Of a DNA stretch of 64,000 bases, positions 12,601-25,000 are shown one piece after another (the first letter of the stretch is position 1; the number at the start of each line of letters is the position of its first letter). The position numbers and the translations under genes are program-made. The notes below the pieces were generated by a model. It made no database searches. It was not told where the DNA came from and saw only the letters and a list, made by a program, of their open reading frames with translations. The stretch is taken from assembly GCF_009914755.1 (NCBI RefSeq), contig NC_060935.1; one strand, given 5' to 3'. Origin of the DNA: the human T2T-CHM13v2.0 reference genome, Homo sapiens.

Positions 12601-13384
12601 CTCAGGGTCCGGACAGGCAATGTAAAGAGTTGAAGCTGGCTGGGTGTGACCCAGTTGTTGTGGTGGGCCTGTGGTGCACTGGCCAGCAAATACCAGTCTG
12701 ACACCAGACACCAGACAGATTCAGACTTTAAAAAATACTGGGCAGAGTGAATAAAACTCAGTGTGGCCTGCCCTGTGGGCCTTGTGGTTTGCCTTGTGAG
12801 CCTCCAGTTTGTGACTTCTGAGATAGATGGCCATCAAACCATGAGGGAGAAAGACACTGCCCAGGAGAGAAGATAGGAGGGGATGATGAACTTGAGGCCA
12901 GAGTTTCAGCCTTCTACACAGAAAATTGGCTCTGAATATAAGTTCCCAGTGGGTTTCCTGGGATATAACAAGTGACTGATAAAGTGTCTGATTCTGATGC
13001 TGCCTAATTGTCATAGGAAGCGAATTCTTATCTTCATGCTTTCTTATCCCTGATTTAGTGTACGCTAGAATAAGGGAAAGTTAGGGGTGAAAGACAGATG
13101 CCTTGGGGATCATCTGGGACAGGGGCTTTCTACACTGACGTGGATCAGAATCTCCTAGGGAAACAGGCAAACCTACAGATCCCAGCATCATCCTCCCAGG
13201 CCTTCAGAATCAACCCACATGGAGGGGTCCAGGCATCCTTATTTTTACAAGCTCCCCAGGTGATTCTGATGTACACACATGAGCATAAGACATTCTTGTC
13301 TAGCGCTACCCCCTCAGATAGGGAAACAGCTTAGAGAGATGAAATCAGTTGCTCACAGTCACACAGCCAGAAAGGGGCAGGATT

Positions 13385-13660
13385 GGGGCCCACCATAGTG
13401 ATTCACATCTATAATCCCAGCACTTTGGGAGGCCGAGGTGGGAGAGTAGCTTGAGCCCAGGAGTTTGAGACCAGCCCGAGCAACAGGGCGAGACCCCATC
13501 TCTACAAAAAAAATTTAAAAATTAGCCTAGCATGTGCCTGTAGTCCCAGCTACTCAGGAGGCTGAAGCAGGAGGATCACTTGAGCCCACGAGTTGAAGGT
13601 TGCAGTAAGCTATGATCACCCCACTGAGCTCTAGCCAGGGTGACTGAGCAAGACTCTATC
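13385..13660 (+). mobile_element. AluJ
   Basis: Dimeric Alu with AluJ-type ggaggatcacttgagccc. Confidence 0.9.
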
Positions 13661-13818
13661 GAAGGAAGGAAAGAAGGAAGGAAGGAAAGAAGGAAGGAAG
13701 GAAGGAAGGAAGGAAGGAAGGAAGGAAGGAAGAAAGAAAGGAAGGAAGGAAAGGAGGGAGGGAGGGAGGGAAAGAAGAGAGAGAGAAAAAGAAAAAGAGA
13801 AAGAAAAAGAGAGAAAGA
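13661..13818 (+). repeat. (GGAA)n / GA-rich homopurine tract
   Basis: An uninterrupted purine run of about 158 bp replacing the Alu tail. Confidence 0.95.
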
Positions 13819-14573
13819 CAGGTGAGGTCTACGCTCTGGATCTCCTGCCAGCCCCTTCAGCTGGGTTCATTAACCTTCCCACCCCCAGACTCAACCCCAG
13901 CCCAAACTTGAGGACCAATGAGTCTCCGAGGCAACCATGGCTCAGAATCAGACCAGCAGTGCCCATGATCCCAGCCTGACTTTGTATCTAGCTCCAACAA
14001 TGGGACTTGGTCTTATCTTCTCCCCTTTCCCCAAGTTCCCGCCTCCTTCCTTGCATCCATAACTAGGTTCTGCCTGGACCCCTGAGCTGAAGCCCTGCTT
14101 TGGTGCCTTCTGAAGCCCTGGGTCCCTCTGGAGCAGGAAGTGTGCACATGAGGGACCCAGTGCTCCTGGGTCTGTGTGAGGACACAGTCCTGCCTCCTCC
14201 TGAGGTCAGGAGAGAAAGTGCCTGTCAGGTTGTAGGAAGCCAGTGGGCAGATGGCACAGGTATGCCTTTCAGAGGGGTGAGGCTATTTTTGTCACTCACT
14301 ATAAATAGCATAGAAAGGGCCATGGCTTGTGGTCAGTTACCTGGAATATCAGGGCAGGATTCTGGCAGGAAGTCCACTCCCACACTCCCCTCAAATCAGA
14401 ATAAACACGGGCTTGGCCACATGAACCTGAGACTGTGCAGAGTCCTCAAGGAGCATCGCACGGGCAGCTGAAGGGCAATTCAGGCCTTGGGACCCCACAC
14501 AAAGAAGCCTCTGACTGTGTGGTGGTAGCAGATTATGTGGTTACAAGGATAAATACCCACATTAAGAAATAGA

Positions 14574-14750
14574 GGCTGGGTATGGTGGCTCATGCCTGTA
14601 ATCCCAGCGCTTTGAGAGGCTGAGGTGGGAGGATCACTTGAGCCCAGGAGTTCAAGGCTGCAGTGAGTCATGATTGTGTCACTGCACTCAAGCCTGGATG
14701 ACACAATGAAACATTGTCTCTAAAAAAAGTTCTTTAAAGAAAAAAAATAA
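14574..14750 (+). mobile_element. Alu monomer (FRAM/FAM-like)
   Basis: Single Alu arm with A tail and TSD aagaaataga. Confidence 0.85.
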
Positions 14751-15092
14751 AAAGAAATAGAAAATACCTTAAATGGGAACACGTATAAATTTAAAAGATT
14801 AAGATGAAACTAGCACTTAAGAATGTACTCTGTGTATCTTTATGAAAATAATTTATCTTCAATCAAGCCTATTTTAATATTGTCATCACAGAATTATTCA
14901 GGTATATAGGGCCCAGGAAGACTAATAGAAATAAATGACATACCAACCATTTCTATTACTGTCATCATGCAGTACAGAATACTGTCTAAAAGCTTAATTA
15001 AGGTCATTAGATCTGAATTTGATTCATGGCCCTGCTGCTGTGTGATCTCAATAAGTCACTCAATGTCCCAGAGCCTCAGTTTTTCTTATCTC

Positions 15093-15456
<364 letters not shown>

Positions 15457-16113
15457 TGATTGGATTTTTGTGGCAATGAAATAAGACAATGCATATTTTT
15501 TATGTCCTGGCTAATTTCTGGACCCTAAAGATTTTTGTGGTTATTGTTGTCGTTTGCTTGTTTTTCAAAATTTGCAAATGGTTTTGGTCTCTATGGGTGG
15601 AGACCTACATTTACCTTTGGGCCAGACTTTTCCCTTATTTAAGAAGACTGCTTATATCAGGACCCTGGTAACCACCTAGGGTGTGGATAGTGGTGATTGT
15701 CAATGAAGGCCACTGTGTTATTCCTTCAGGTGGTGTCCAGTGTCACAGACATCAAAACCAGGGAGCCGGGCAAGAGGGAAAGACCCAGAGGGATGAGAGG
15801 TGGCAACTGTTACACTGTAGAAACCTCCAGGAAAAGCTGAGGGATGCTTCAAAGGGGAGAGAGGACCTGTTCAGCCATTGAGCCAGAGGAAGATTAAGCC
15901 AATGAAATTTGCATAGTAAATATTATAGAACGTAACTAATTTTTACTGCATTGTCATAACAGGAATTTACTCAAGAGGTACAACAGAAATCTTGCTTGGT
16001 CTCTTGGTGGCAATGATTCAAGCATAATCAATTAGTGGAGCTAAGATCTCCTCAACTCCTCAACAGAAACTGGTAAATCAATCTAGACTTCGACTTAAAT
16101 TTTACCATTTTAA

Positions 16114-16520
16114 CTGATGTAGTTTGGATGTCTGTCCCCTCCAAATATCACGCTGAAATGTGACCCCCAAAGTTGGAGACTGGGCTTAATGGGAGGTGTC
16201 TGGGTCATGAGGCGGATCCCTCATGAATTTCCCACAGTAATGAGTGAGTTCTCAGTCTATTAGTTCACACGAAAGCTGGTTGTTTAAAGAGCCTGGCACC
16301 TCTTGCTCTATCTTCTTGCTCCCTCTCTTGCCATGTGATGCCTGCTTCCCCTTCACCTTCCACCATGAATGAAAGTTTCCTGAGATCCTCACCAGAAGCA
16401 GATGCTGGCACCATGCTTCTTGTACAGCCTGCAAAACCATGAGCCAAATAAACCTCTTTTATTTAAAAAATTACCCAGTCTCAGGTATTCCTTTAGAGCA
16501 ATGCAAAATGGACTAATACA
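16114..16520 (+). mobile_element. MST-type MaLR LTR
   Basis: tgatgtagtttggatgtctgtcccctccaaat...aattacccagtctcaggtattcctttagagcaatgcaaaatggactaataca. Confidence 0.88.
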
Positions 16521-16662
16521 TTAACATTATCCTTGGGTTTGGTGCTGGTGATACCACCATGATAAAAGGTTCTCTTCTCTTGACCCTACACTAATCAAAG
16601 AGAGACAATATTGAATACTCCATCACAAATTAAATGTGAGTGTTCTGCAGGAAGTTTATATA

Positions 16663-16977
16663 CATTTGGCTCTCCGTATCTGCCATTTCTGCATCTTCAG
16701 ATTCAACCAACTTCAAATAGAATATATCCAGGAAAAAAAAAAGAAGAAAAAAATTAAAATAATAAAAATTTTTAAAAACAGTATAATTATTTATGTAGCA
16801 TTTACATTATATTAGGTATGATAAGTAACCTAGGGATGATTTAAAATACACACGAGGATCTGCATAGGTTATATGCAAATACTGTGGCATTTTATATCAG
16901 GCACTTGAGCGCCCTTGGATTTTGGTGTCCACAGGGCATCCTGGAACCAATCCGCTGCTGAAACTGAGGGACAACTG
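16663..16977. mobile_element. TcMar-Tigger non-autonomous element (Tigger3-like)
   Basis: ctctccgtatctg...gcatttacattatattaggtat...aggttatatgcaaatact...tgagggacaactg followed by TA. Confidence 0.8.
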
Positions 16978-18199
16978 TATATGGTTGTATGAAATGCAAT
17001 AACAAAAGAGCCTAACCTAGACAGAGGTAGGTGGGAGCAAAGAGCTTCTGAGAAACCGAAACCAGTGAGGCCCTGTGGCTAGACCACAGGACTGGAAGGG
17101 AGCAAGATAGCAGATGAGGCAGGAGCAGGTGGCTGGGCCAAATCACATAGGAACTGGATTTTATCCTAAGACAGCGGGAAGCTATTCTGTTCTGGGGAGG
17201 GAGTGGCATGACCATCTTTTTATTTCAAGATCAGCACTCTAGGAAATGGATTAGTGAAGTCATATGTAGGGGCAGAGACACCTGTTAGGAGACTATTGAA
17301 ATATTGAGAACTGAGCTGAGTGGCAACAATGGAAATGAAAGTTGTGGCTTCCAGAGATATTCAGGGAAGGGCTTAAAGGACAGATACCTGGACCTTTCCT
17401 GGCTTACTGGCTTCCAGCTCTCACCAAGGTCAGTATTTGGTAGCAATGGCACCTATAGCAAAACCAGGTGCCTCCACCAACTCCTTCCAGGCTTTGAGGT
17501 TATTGATGAAACTTAGGGTTCTTCACCATAAAGAAACACCATACTCCCTGGGTAGATTTCTGCCTCAGTTACCTATTATTCTGCATGGCTATACCTGTGA
17601 ACTGGTCCCATTTTCTATTTACGTATAACTTTAGGTCTAGGTTTTTCAAGTACTTCCAAACCTAGAGGAGATGACCCCATAGATAAATAAATTTATTTGA
17701 AACATATAAACTGTTTTGCTTCCAAAAATATTGGAGGTAAGACAAAAATGGGAAGGAATGTTTTCTGACAATCTCATATTTTGAAGAACCATGACCTGGA
17801 GAATACTGAGTTTTTCCTTTGTTTAGCTTTATGTTGCTTCTTAGTATATTTGGCTTTATTTTAAAGGACAAATGCTGTAGGTAATAAGAAAAATTTCTCA
17901 GAACTCAACTCTAGCAAGATGAGAGGTTGAGCAAATATCAAAATAAGCCTTTACCCCATGCTATGTTTATCTTGCCACTTGGCAATATACTAATATTAAA
18001 AATGATATTTCCAAACAAAGTTGCCTAGCTCTAAATCTAAGAAGCAAATATAACGAGCTGGCAAGAGTTCAAATTAGGAAAAAGCCTAGACCCACTTGGC
18101 TGCAGATCACTGCTACTTCACATTTCAATGTGCATGCATTGGGCTCCCAAAGTGAGGAAAATAAAAATAATGAAAATCATCTACTGTCAGAGAGAACAA

Positions 18200-18560
18200 T
18201 TTCTTTGCCACAGTGTTCTCACAGGAAGTTCATTGTGGTAAATGAGTGTCAAAATGACAAGAAAATCCAACATGTCTCAAGAAGCACAATATATAACAAG
18301 CAAAAAATTCTAAATCAGTGTTCAGAAATTGAATGTTAAAGGAACTAATGAAAAATTCAAGACAAAAAAAATGATGGATGTGAAACAAATGCATTAAAAC
18401 ATTTTGAGTAAAAATAAGAAGACCGTGACATTATGCTCAATTAACAGGAAAATACAATCTTAAAGGGTAAATGTGGTAGATAATGATCTGCTTTTTCAGA
18501 CATCAAGAAGTGGAATCAACCATTAAAGATGGCTCTGAAAGAGAGACTAGATTAGATAAA
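18200..18560 (+). mobile_element. Highly decayed pogo/Tigger (CENP-B-like) transposase N-terminus
   Basis: The ORF at 18130 contains VSRSTIYNKQKIL (psq-type HTH). Downstream fragments resemble 'ING..IQ' and, across a frameshift, 'F.aS.gW'. Confidence 0.5.
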
Positions 18561-19521
18561 AATTGAATCTACACACTAATGATATCACAACTGTTGTGCT
18601 TTTTGCCTTTGCTAGATTTGCCCACTCAGCAACAGATTTCTAAGAAAGCATCTCTGAAACATGATTACTGGATAGTTCAAGCCTCAAAATTAAGCAGATT
18701 AGGGATACAGTAATCATTCCTGGGCACCTGTTGTGAATCAGTGAGAATGGAAGCTCAGAAGAGTGTGGTGATGCTTCCCACACCCACAGCACTCAACGAA
18801 GTCCCCAATGTCCAGCATCTTGCAATTCGTTATGGACAAGTCTAGGAGAATGTGCGCAGCAGTAATGTAAAACTCTATTTCAAATCACCAGTGTCAGAAA
18901 ATACTTAAAATCCCTGGAGAACAATTTAGAATATCAAATATGCTAGAAATAACTCTCTGAAGAAAGCAAAATTGGAGGAGACAGAGGATGGAACATGAAG
19001 AGTTTTTCTTTCTTGAAATCACCACGGTGTGATTTGGGAAGTTGAAAGAACTTGAATCTCTGCCTCAGAAAGAGGTTACTAAATAAGGCAGGTACTCCAG
19101 CTAAGAGGATCCCAACATCAGTCCAAGCATTTGGGTGGCTTTAAAGCTTGTTTATCATTTGTTTCTTCATGTTTTTTAAATAATTAACTTTTTTTACACA
19201 ATTAATGCATGCACACTGTAGAAAGGTAGAACGTATAGGTAAAAAGAAGAAAATTTAAGTCACCCTTTATTCCGTAAGTCAGAAATAACCAGAATTAACA
19301 TTTTGGTATATACATCTTTCCAGACTTTTTTAGGAGAGGAGATTTTTGTTTTGTTCTAATGAAACCAAGATCATACTGAAACTTGCTTTCTTTGATCAAT
19401 TACATATCATGAATTCGTTTCCATGCCAGTAAATATATTTCTTATCATGACTGCTGAATATGCCCTTGTATGGGCAGAGCGTCATTTATTTAATGAATCC
19501 AAAGGTGATTTTTTTAAATGA

Positions 19522-19835
19522 TTTTATTTTTATTTGTGTTTTTTGTTTTTTGTTGAGAAAAGTTCTCACTCTGTCACCCAGGCTGGAATGCGGTGGTGCG
19601 ATCATGTCTCACTGAAGCCTCAACCTTCTGGGCTCAGGTGATCCTCCCACCTCAGCCTCCTGAGTAGCTGGGACCACAGGCACACACCATCATGCCCAGC
19701 TAATTCTTATATTTTTTGTAGAGATGGGTTTTTTCCATGTTGTCCAGGCTGGTCTCAAACCCCTGGCTCAAGCAATCCGTCCACCTTGGCCTCCCAAAGT
19801 TCTGGGATTACAGGTGTGAGCCACCATGTCCAGCC
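19522..19835 (-). mobile_element. AluJ
   Basis: Antisense dimeric Alu within decayed L1M sequence. Confidence 0.92.
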
Positions 19836-20417
19836 TGATTCTATTTTAAAATACTTTCAAACTGACAGAAAGGCTTGCAAGAACGGTACAGTGGACTCCT
19901 GGGTATCTTCTATATAGAGTCATCCATTTTAAACATTTTGCCACATGTGCTTTATGATTAACTTTGATTATTTCTGAACTATTTGAGAGTAGGTTGTGCA
20001 TGTCATGCCACTTTCTCCTAAATATTTCAGTGTGTATTTCAAAGAGTAAGGACAGTTCCATAGTCACACTACTGAATGATTTCTAAGAGCCATTTCTGCA
20101 CCAAACTGCTGTAATTCTTCATAATAATAGTCATCCCTTTCCTGGTATCATGTTTAGATCTTCAAACAACTCTTGGTTCTACTCTGAGCAGGACTCTATG
20201 TTGGATGTCAAGGATTAAAAATGAATAAAACAATAGTCCTCCCCTTGAGTCACTTACATTCTATTGTGAGAGACACAAGTAGGTACTTATAATGCAATGT
20301 GGTAAAGGCAGCGTGGTGCTGTGGGCATGGAGGAAGGTCCATAGAATGTTGGGAACACAGAGAAGTAGCAAATCTCATAGTTGGAGTCAAGATTGATAGA
20401 GGTGAACAATGGCATGG

Positions 20418-20485
20418 GTGTGTGCTTGTGCATGCATGCGTGTGTGTGTGTGTGAGCGTGTGTGTGTGCATGCGTGCATGCGTAC
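20418..20485. repeat. (TG)n / alternating purine-pyrimidine microsatellite
   Basis: gtgtgtgcttgtgcatgcatgcgtgtgtgtgtgtgtgagcgtgtgtgtgtgcatgcgtgcatgcgtac. Confidence 0.9.
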
Positions 20486-21387
20486 CTGCTCAGGGAGTGT
20501 GGAGGGAGTGTGTTTTGGCAGGTAAAATGCCAGGCTGAGAGCAGTGAGAGATGAGGCTTGAGGTGAGGCAGAGCTACAGCATGAATGGCCTGGACACAAG
20601 ATCTACAGCTTGGACTTGACCCTGCAGATGATACAGGGTAAGCTGAAGAGAATATGACCAATAAGGTTTGATGGGTCACCCTGGGGTCAGCAGAGAGGTT
20701 AGGTCTGAAGACAACAAGACCCTGGAAGCAGCAAATAAGTTAGTAGGATTTTGCAACAGTATAGGTGAGAGAAGAGTCTGCTCTGAACCAGGACAGTAGG
20801 GGTAGAAGCAGTGAGGAGACAAAAGATCCAAGACATCTCTAAGAGGTGCCTGAGTGTGGGGGTGATGGGAAGGGAGGAATTGACTCCCAAGTTCCCAACT
20901 GTTCAGAGAAAAAAAATCATAAATGATATTACTTATCTCAAATTGATCTTTGTAACTACCCTGTCAGATAAATAGAGCCAATAGCTATTATCCCTATTTT
21001 ACAGATTTTTAAATTGAGATATTCAGAAAGTCAAAGTGACTTGTCAAAGGTCACACAATTAGTCAATGGCACAACAGAGATATCAAGTTCATCCTAGTAT
21101 GAGTACTAATGGATGATACAAAACTATTCAAAATGCCACAACTAGAGAATCACATTTAAAAAATGAAATTGAATCCATACCTCACATCGCATGTAAAAGT
21201 AACTCAAAATGGATCATACATCAATATTTAAGAGCTCAAACTTTAAAAACGTATGGAAGAAAATATAGGAGAAAATCTTTGTTGCTTTGGGTTTAGCAAA
21301 CATTCTTAAATAGGACACACAATAGTACAAGCTATAAAGGTAAAAATCAACACATTAGACACCACCAAAATTAACACCATTTTCTCT

Positions 21388-21790
21388 TTGCTATAGTCTG
21401 AATGAATATCTATGTCCCCCCAAATGTATATGTTGAATCCCAATTACCAAGGTGATAGCATTAGAAGGTGGGCCTTTGGGAAGTCATTAGGTCATGAGGG
21501 TGGAGCTCTCATGAGTGGGGGTTAGTGCCCTTATGAAAATGGCCCTCCTCACATAATCCTTTGGATGAAAAAGAAAAAGAAAAAAAGAGCCCAGAGAGCT
21601 GCCTTGCCCCTTTTGCCCTCTGAGGATGCAGCAAGAAGATGCCATCTATGAAGCACAGAGAGAGCCCTCACCAGACACCAAATCTCCCGGCACCTTGATT
21701 TTGGACTTCCCAGCCTCCAGAAATGTCTGTTGTTTTTAAATTACCCAATCTAAGGCATTTTGTTATGGCATCCCAAATAGACAAAGACAC
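21388..21790 (+). mobile_element. MSTD/MLT1A-type LTR in L1M
   Basis: tgctatagtctgaatg...gggcctttgggaagtcattaggtcatgagggtggag...acaaagaca. Confidence 0.8.
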
Positions 21791-22099
21791 TCTTCAAAAC
21801 CTACTATTTCAAAAATGAAAAGATAAGCAACACACTGAGAGAAAATAGTAGCCAAACATATCTGACAAAACACCGGGATCTAGAATATATAAAGTATACT
21901 CACAACTCAATAATAAGACATACAGTATAATTTTAAAATGTGCAAAAGACTTGAATAGGTATTTCATCAAAGAATACATACGGATGGCAATAAGAACATA
22001 AAAGAGTGTTCAATGTCATTAGTCATTAAGGATATGCAAATTAAAACCACAATGAGATACCCATTGTACATCCACTAGAACATCTAAAATTAAGAAGGT

Positions 22100-25000
22100 A
22101 GACAAGATGACTGACTAGATAGAGCCAGGAAGAGCTTCTCCTCCTGAGAGAGATCAGAATATCAAGCAGACAAGCATACTCTGAACAGATCTTCTGAGAG
22201 GAAGCACTGAGAGCAGATGAAGAAATGATGGAGACAATGGGGCTGAAGCGGGAGGAAGCTGAGAACCCTTGCAGGGTTGCTGAGTGCTGGGGCTTGTTCC
22301 TGGCACTAAATGGCTCCCAAGGAAACAGTAAGTGAAATAACTGCAGGGCAGCCCACTCTCACCACAGACCTGCAGGGTCCTAGCTACAGTAGATCCCACA
22401 TCATCATGGACATTTAAGTTGGCATGGGGGTTGCCTGCAGAGTTGGCAGAAACAGATCCTGAGTCTCTTTGGAGCCCAGCGAGTTTGGCATGGGGACAGA
22501 GGCAAAGGAACACAGCCAGAGATGCCCATCCCCCAAGGCTCTCCTTATTCCTTTAAGTGCCTCTGACCTTTGTTATTTGTTGGACCTGAAGACAGCAAGG
22601 CCATCTTTCCCACAGGACTGGGGCGAGTCTGATCTGTGCACTCCCTATCCACCAGCCCCTCCCAGGGTCCCTGCCTGGGAGCCCCTCCCATGGGAGCAGG
22701 CACACAGCACAGCCTCCACTGCTCTGCCAGAGCACTTTCACTGGCTCCCCACACGGCCCTGCTGGAACACTTTCACCAGCAGCCCCTGCCACCCCAATGG
22801 GGCACTTTTGCCACTACCCCCAGTGGAGCAATTTTGCTAGCAGCTTGGGAGAACCTTGTCTCCCCCAACCCCCCCAAACTCAGCCAGTGCTCAACTTTGA
22901 GAAGCGAGAAGACAAAGCTGTGGGCCTGGTCCCAGCCCTGCTGGGTTAGAGCACATAGCCCAGGAGTGCCAAGCTGAGCCTTGGTCCTCTGAAAGCATCC
23001 AGAAATGAAGCCAATCAACTATACCCAACTTATTCCACAGTCAAACCTTCCAGGTAAATAACATATAAATGAAAAGCCCTCTCCAAAGGAAAGCAACTTC
23101 AAAGGATAAAGGAACACCAGCTCTCACAGATGAGAAAGAACCAGCACAAGAACTCTGGCAACTTTAAAAGCCAGAGTGTCTTTTTACCTCCAAATGACCA
23201 GGCTAGCTTCCAGGAATGATTTTTAAACAGATTGAAAAGGCTGAAATGACAAACACAGAATTTAGAATTTGGATGGCAAGGAAGCTCAATGAAACACAGG
23301 AGAAGGTTAAACCTCGTTCCAAGAAAACAGCAAAATGATCCAATCATTGAAAGATGGCATAGCCACCTTAAGAAAGAACCAAACTGAATTTCTAGAATTG
23401 AAAAATTCACCACAAGAATTTCATAATACAAATGGAAGTATTAACAACAGAATAGATCAAGCTGAGGGAAGAATCTCAGAACTTGAAGACTCCTCCTTTG
23501 AGTCAATGTAAGCAGACAAAAATAAAGAAAAAAAGCATTTTTAAAAAGGAACAAAAACCTCTAAGAAACATGGGACTATGTAGAGACCAAACCTACTGAC
23601 ATTTCTCAAAGAGAAGGAGAAAGAGTAAGCAACTTAGAAAGCATATTTGAGGATATAGTCCACAAAATTTCCCCAATCTTGCTAAAGAGGTTAACACGTA
23701 AATTTAAGGAATTCACAGAACTCCTGCAAGACACTATGCAAGACAACCATTCCCAAGACACATGATCATCAGATTCTCCAAAATAATATAAAAGAAAAAA
23801 ATTAAAGGCAGCTAGACAGAAAGGGCAGGTCACTTGCAAAGGGAACCCCATCAGGCTAACAGTGGACCTTTCAGCAGAAATCTTACAAGCCAGATGAGAT
23901 TGGGGGCATATTTTCAGCATTCTTAAAGAAAATAAATTCCAACTAAAAATTTCTTATCCTGCCAAACTAAGCTTCATAAGCAAAGGAAAAAATAAAATCC
24001 TTTTCAGACAAGCAAATGCTAAGGGAATTTGTTACCACTAGACCTGCCAGAGGTCCTTAAAGGAATGCTAAGTATGGAAATGAAAGAAAGATACCTGTCA
24101 CCATAAAAAAACACACTTAAGTACATAGCCACCAGCACTATAAAGCAACTACACGATCACATCTAAACAACAACCAGCTAACAACATGATGACAGGATCA
24201 AATCCTCACATATCAATATTAATTGAATGCAAATGGGCTAAATACCTCACTTAAAAGGCATAGAGTGGCAAGGTGGATAAAGAAGCAAGACCCAACTGTT
24301 TGCTGTCTTCAGGATATCCATCTCACACGTAATGGCTCAAAGTAAAGGGATGGAGAAAGATCTATCATGCAAATGACAAACAAAAAAGAGCAGGAGTTGC
24401 TATTCTTGTGTCATATAAAACAGAATTTAAATCAATAATTATCAAAAAGGACAAAGAAGGGCATTATACAATGATAAAGGGTTCAATTTAACAAAAAGAC
24501 TTAACTATCCTAAATATATATGCACGCAATATTGGGGCACCTAGACTAATAAAACAAGTTCTTAGAGACCCAAGAAGAGACTTAGATAACCACACAATAA
24601 TAGTGGGAGACTTCAACACCCCACTGACAGTGCTAGACAAATCATCAAAGCTGAAAGCTAATAAAGATATTCTGGACTTAAACTTGACACTTGACCAATT
24701 GGACCTAATAGACATCTACAGAATACTCCATCCAACAACAGAATATACATTCTTCTCATGTGTAAACAGCACTTACTCTAAGACTGACCACATGTTCAGC
24801 TATAAAGCTAGTCTCAACAAATTCAAAAAAAATGAAATCACACCAATCACACTCTCAGACCACAGTACAATAAAAATATAAATCAATACCAAGAAGACCT
24901 CTCAAAACTATACAATTACATAGAAATTAAACAACTTGCTCCTGAATGAGTTTTGGGTAAAGAATGAAATTAAGGCAGAAATCAAAAAATTCTTTAAAAC

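Noticed and set aside
13640-13825. 61-aa K/E/R/G-rich ORF
   Set aside because: It is the translation of the GGAA microsatellite.
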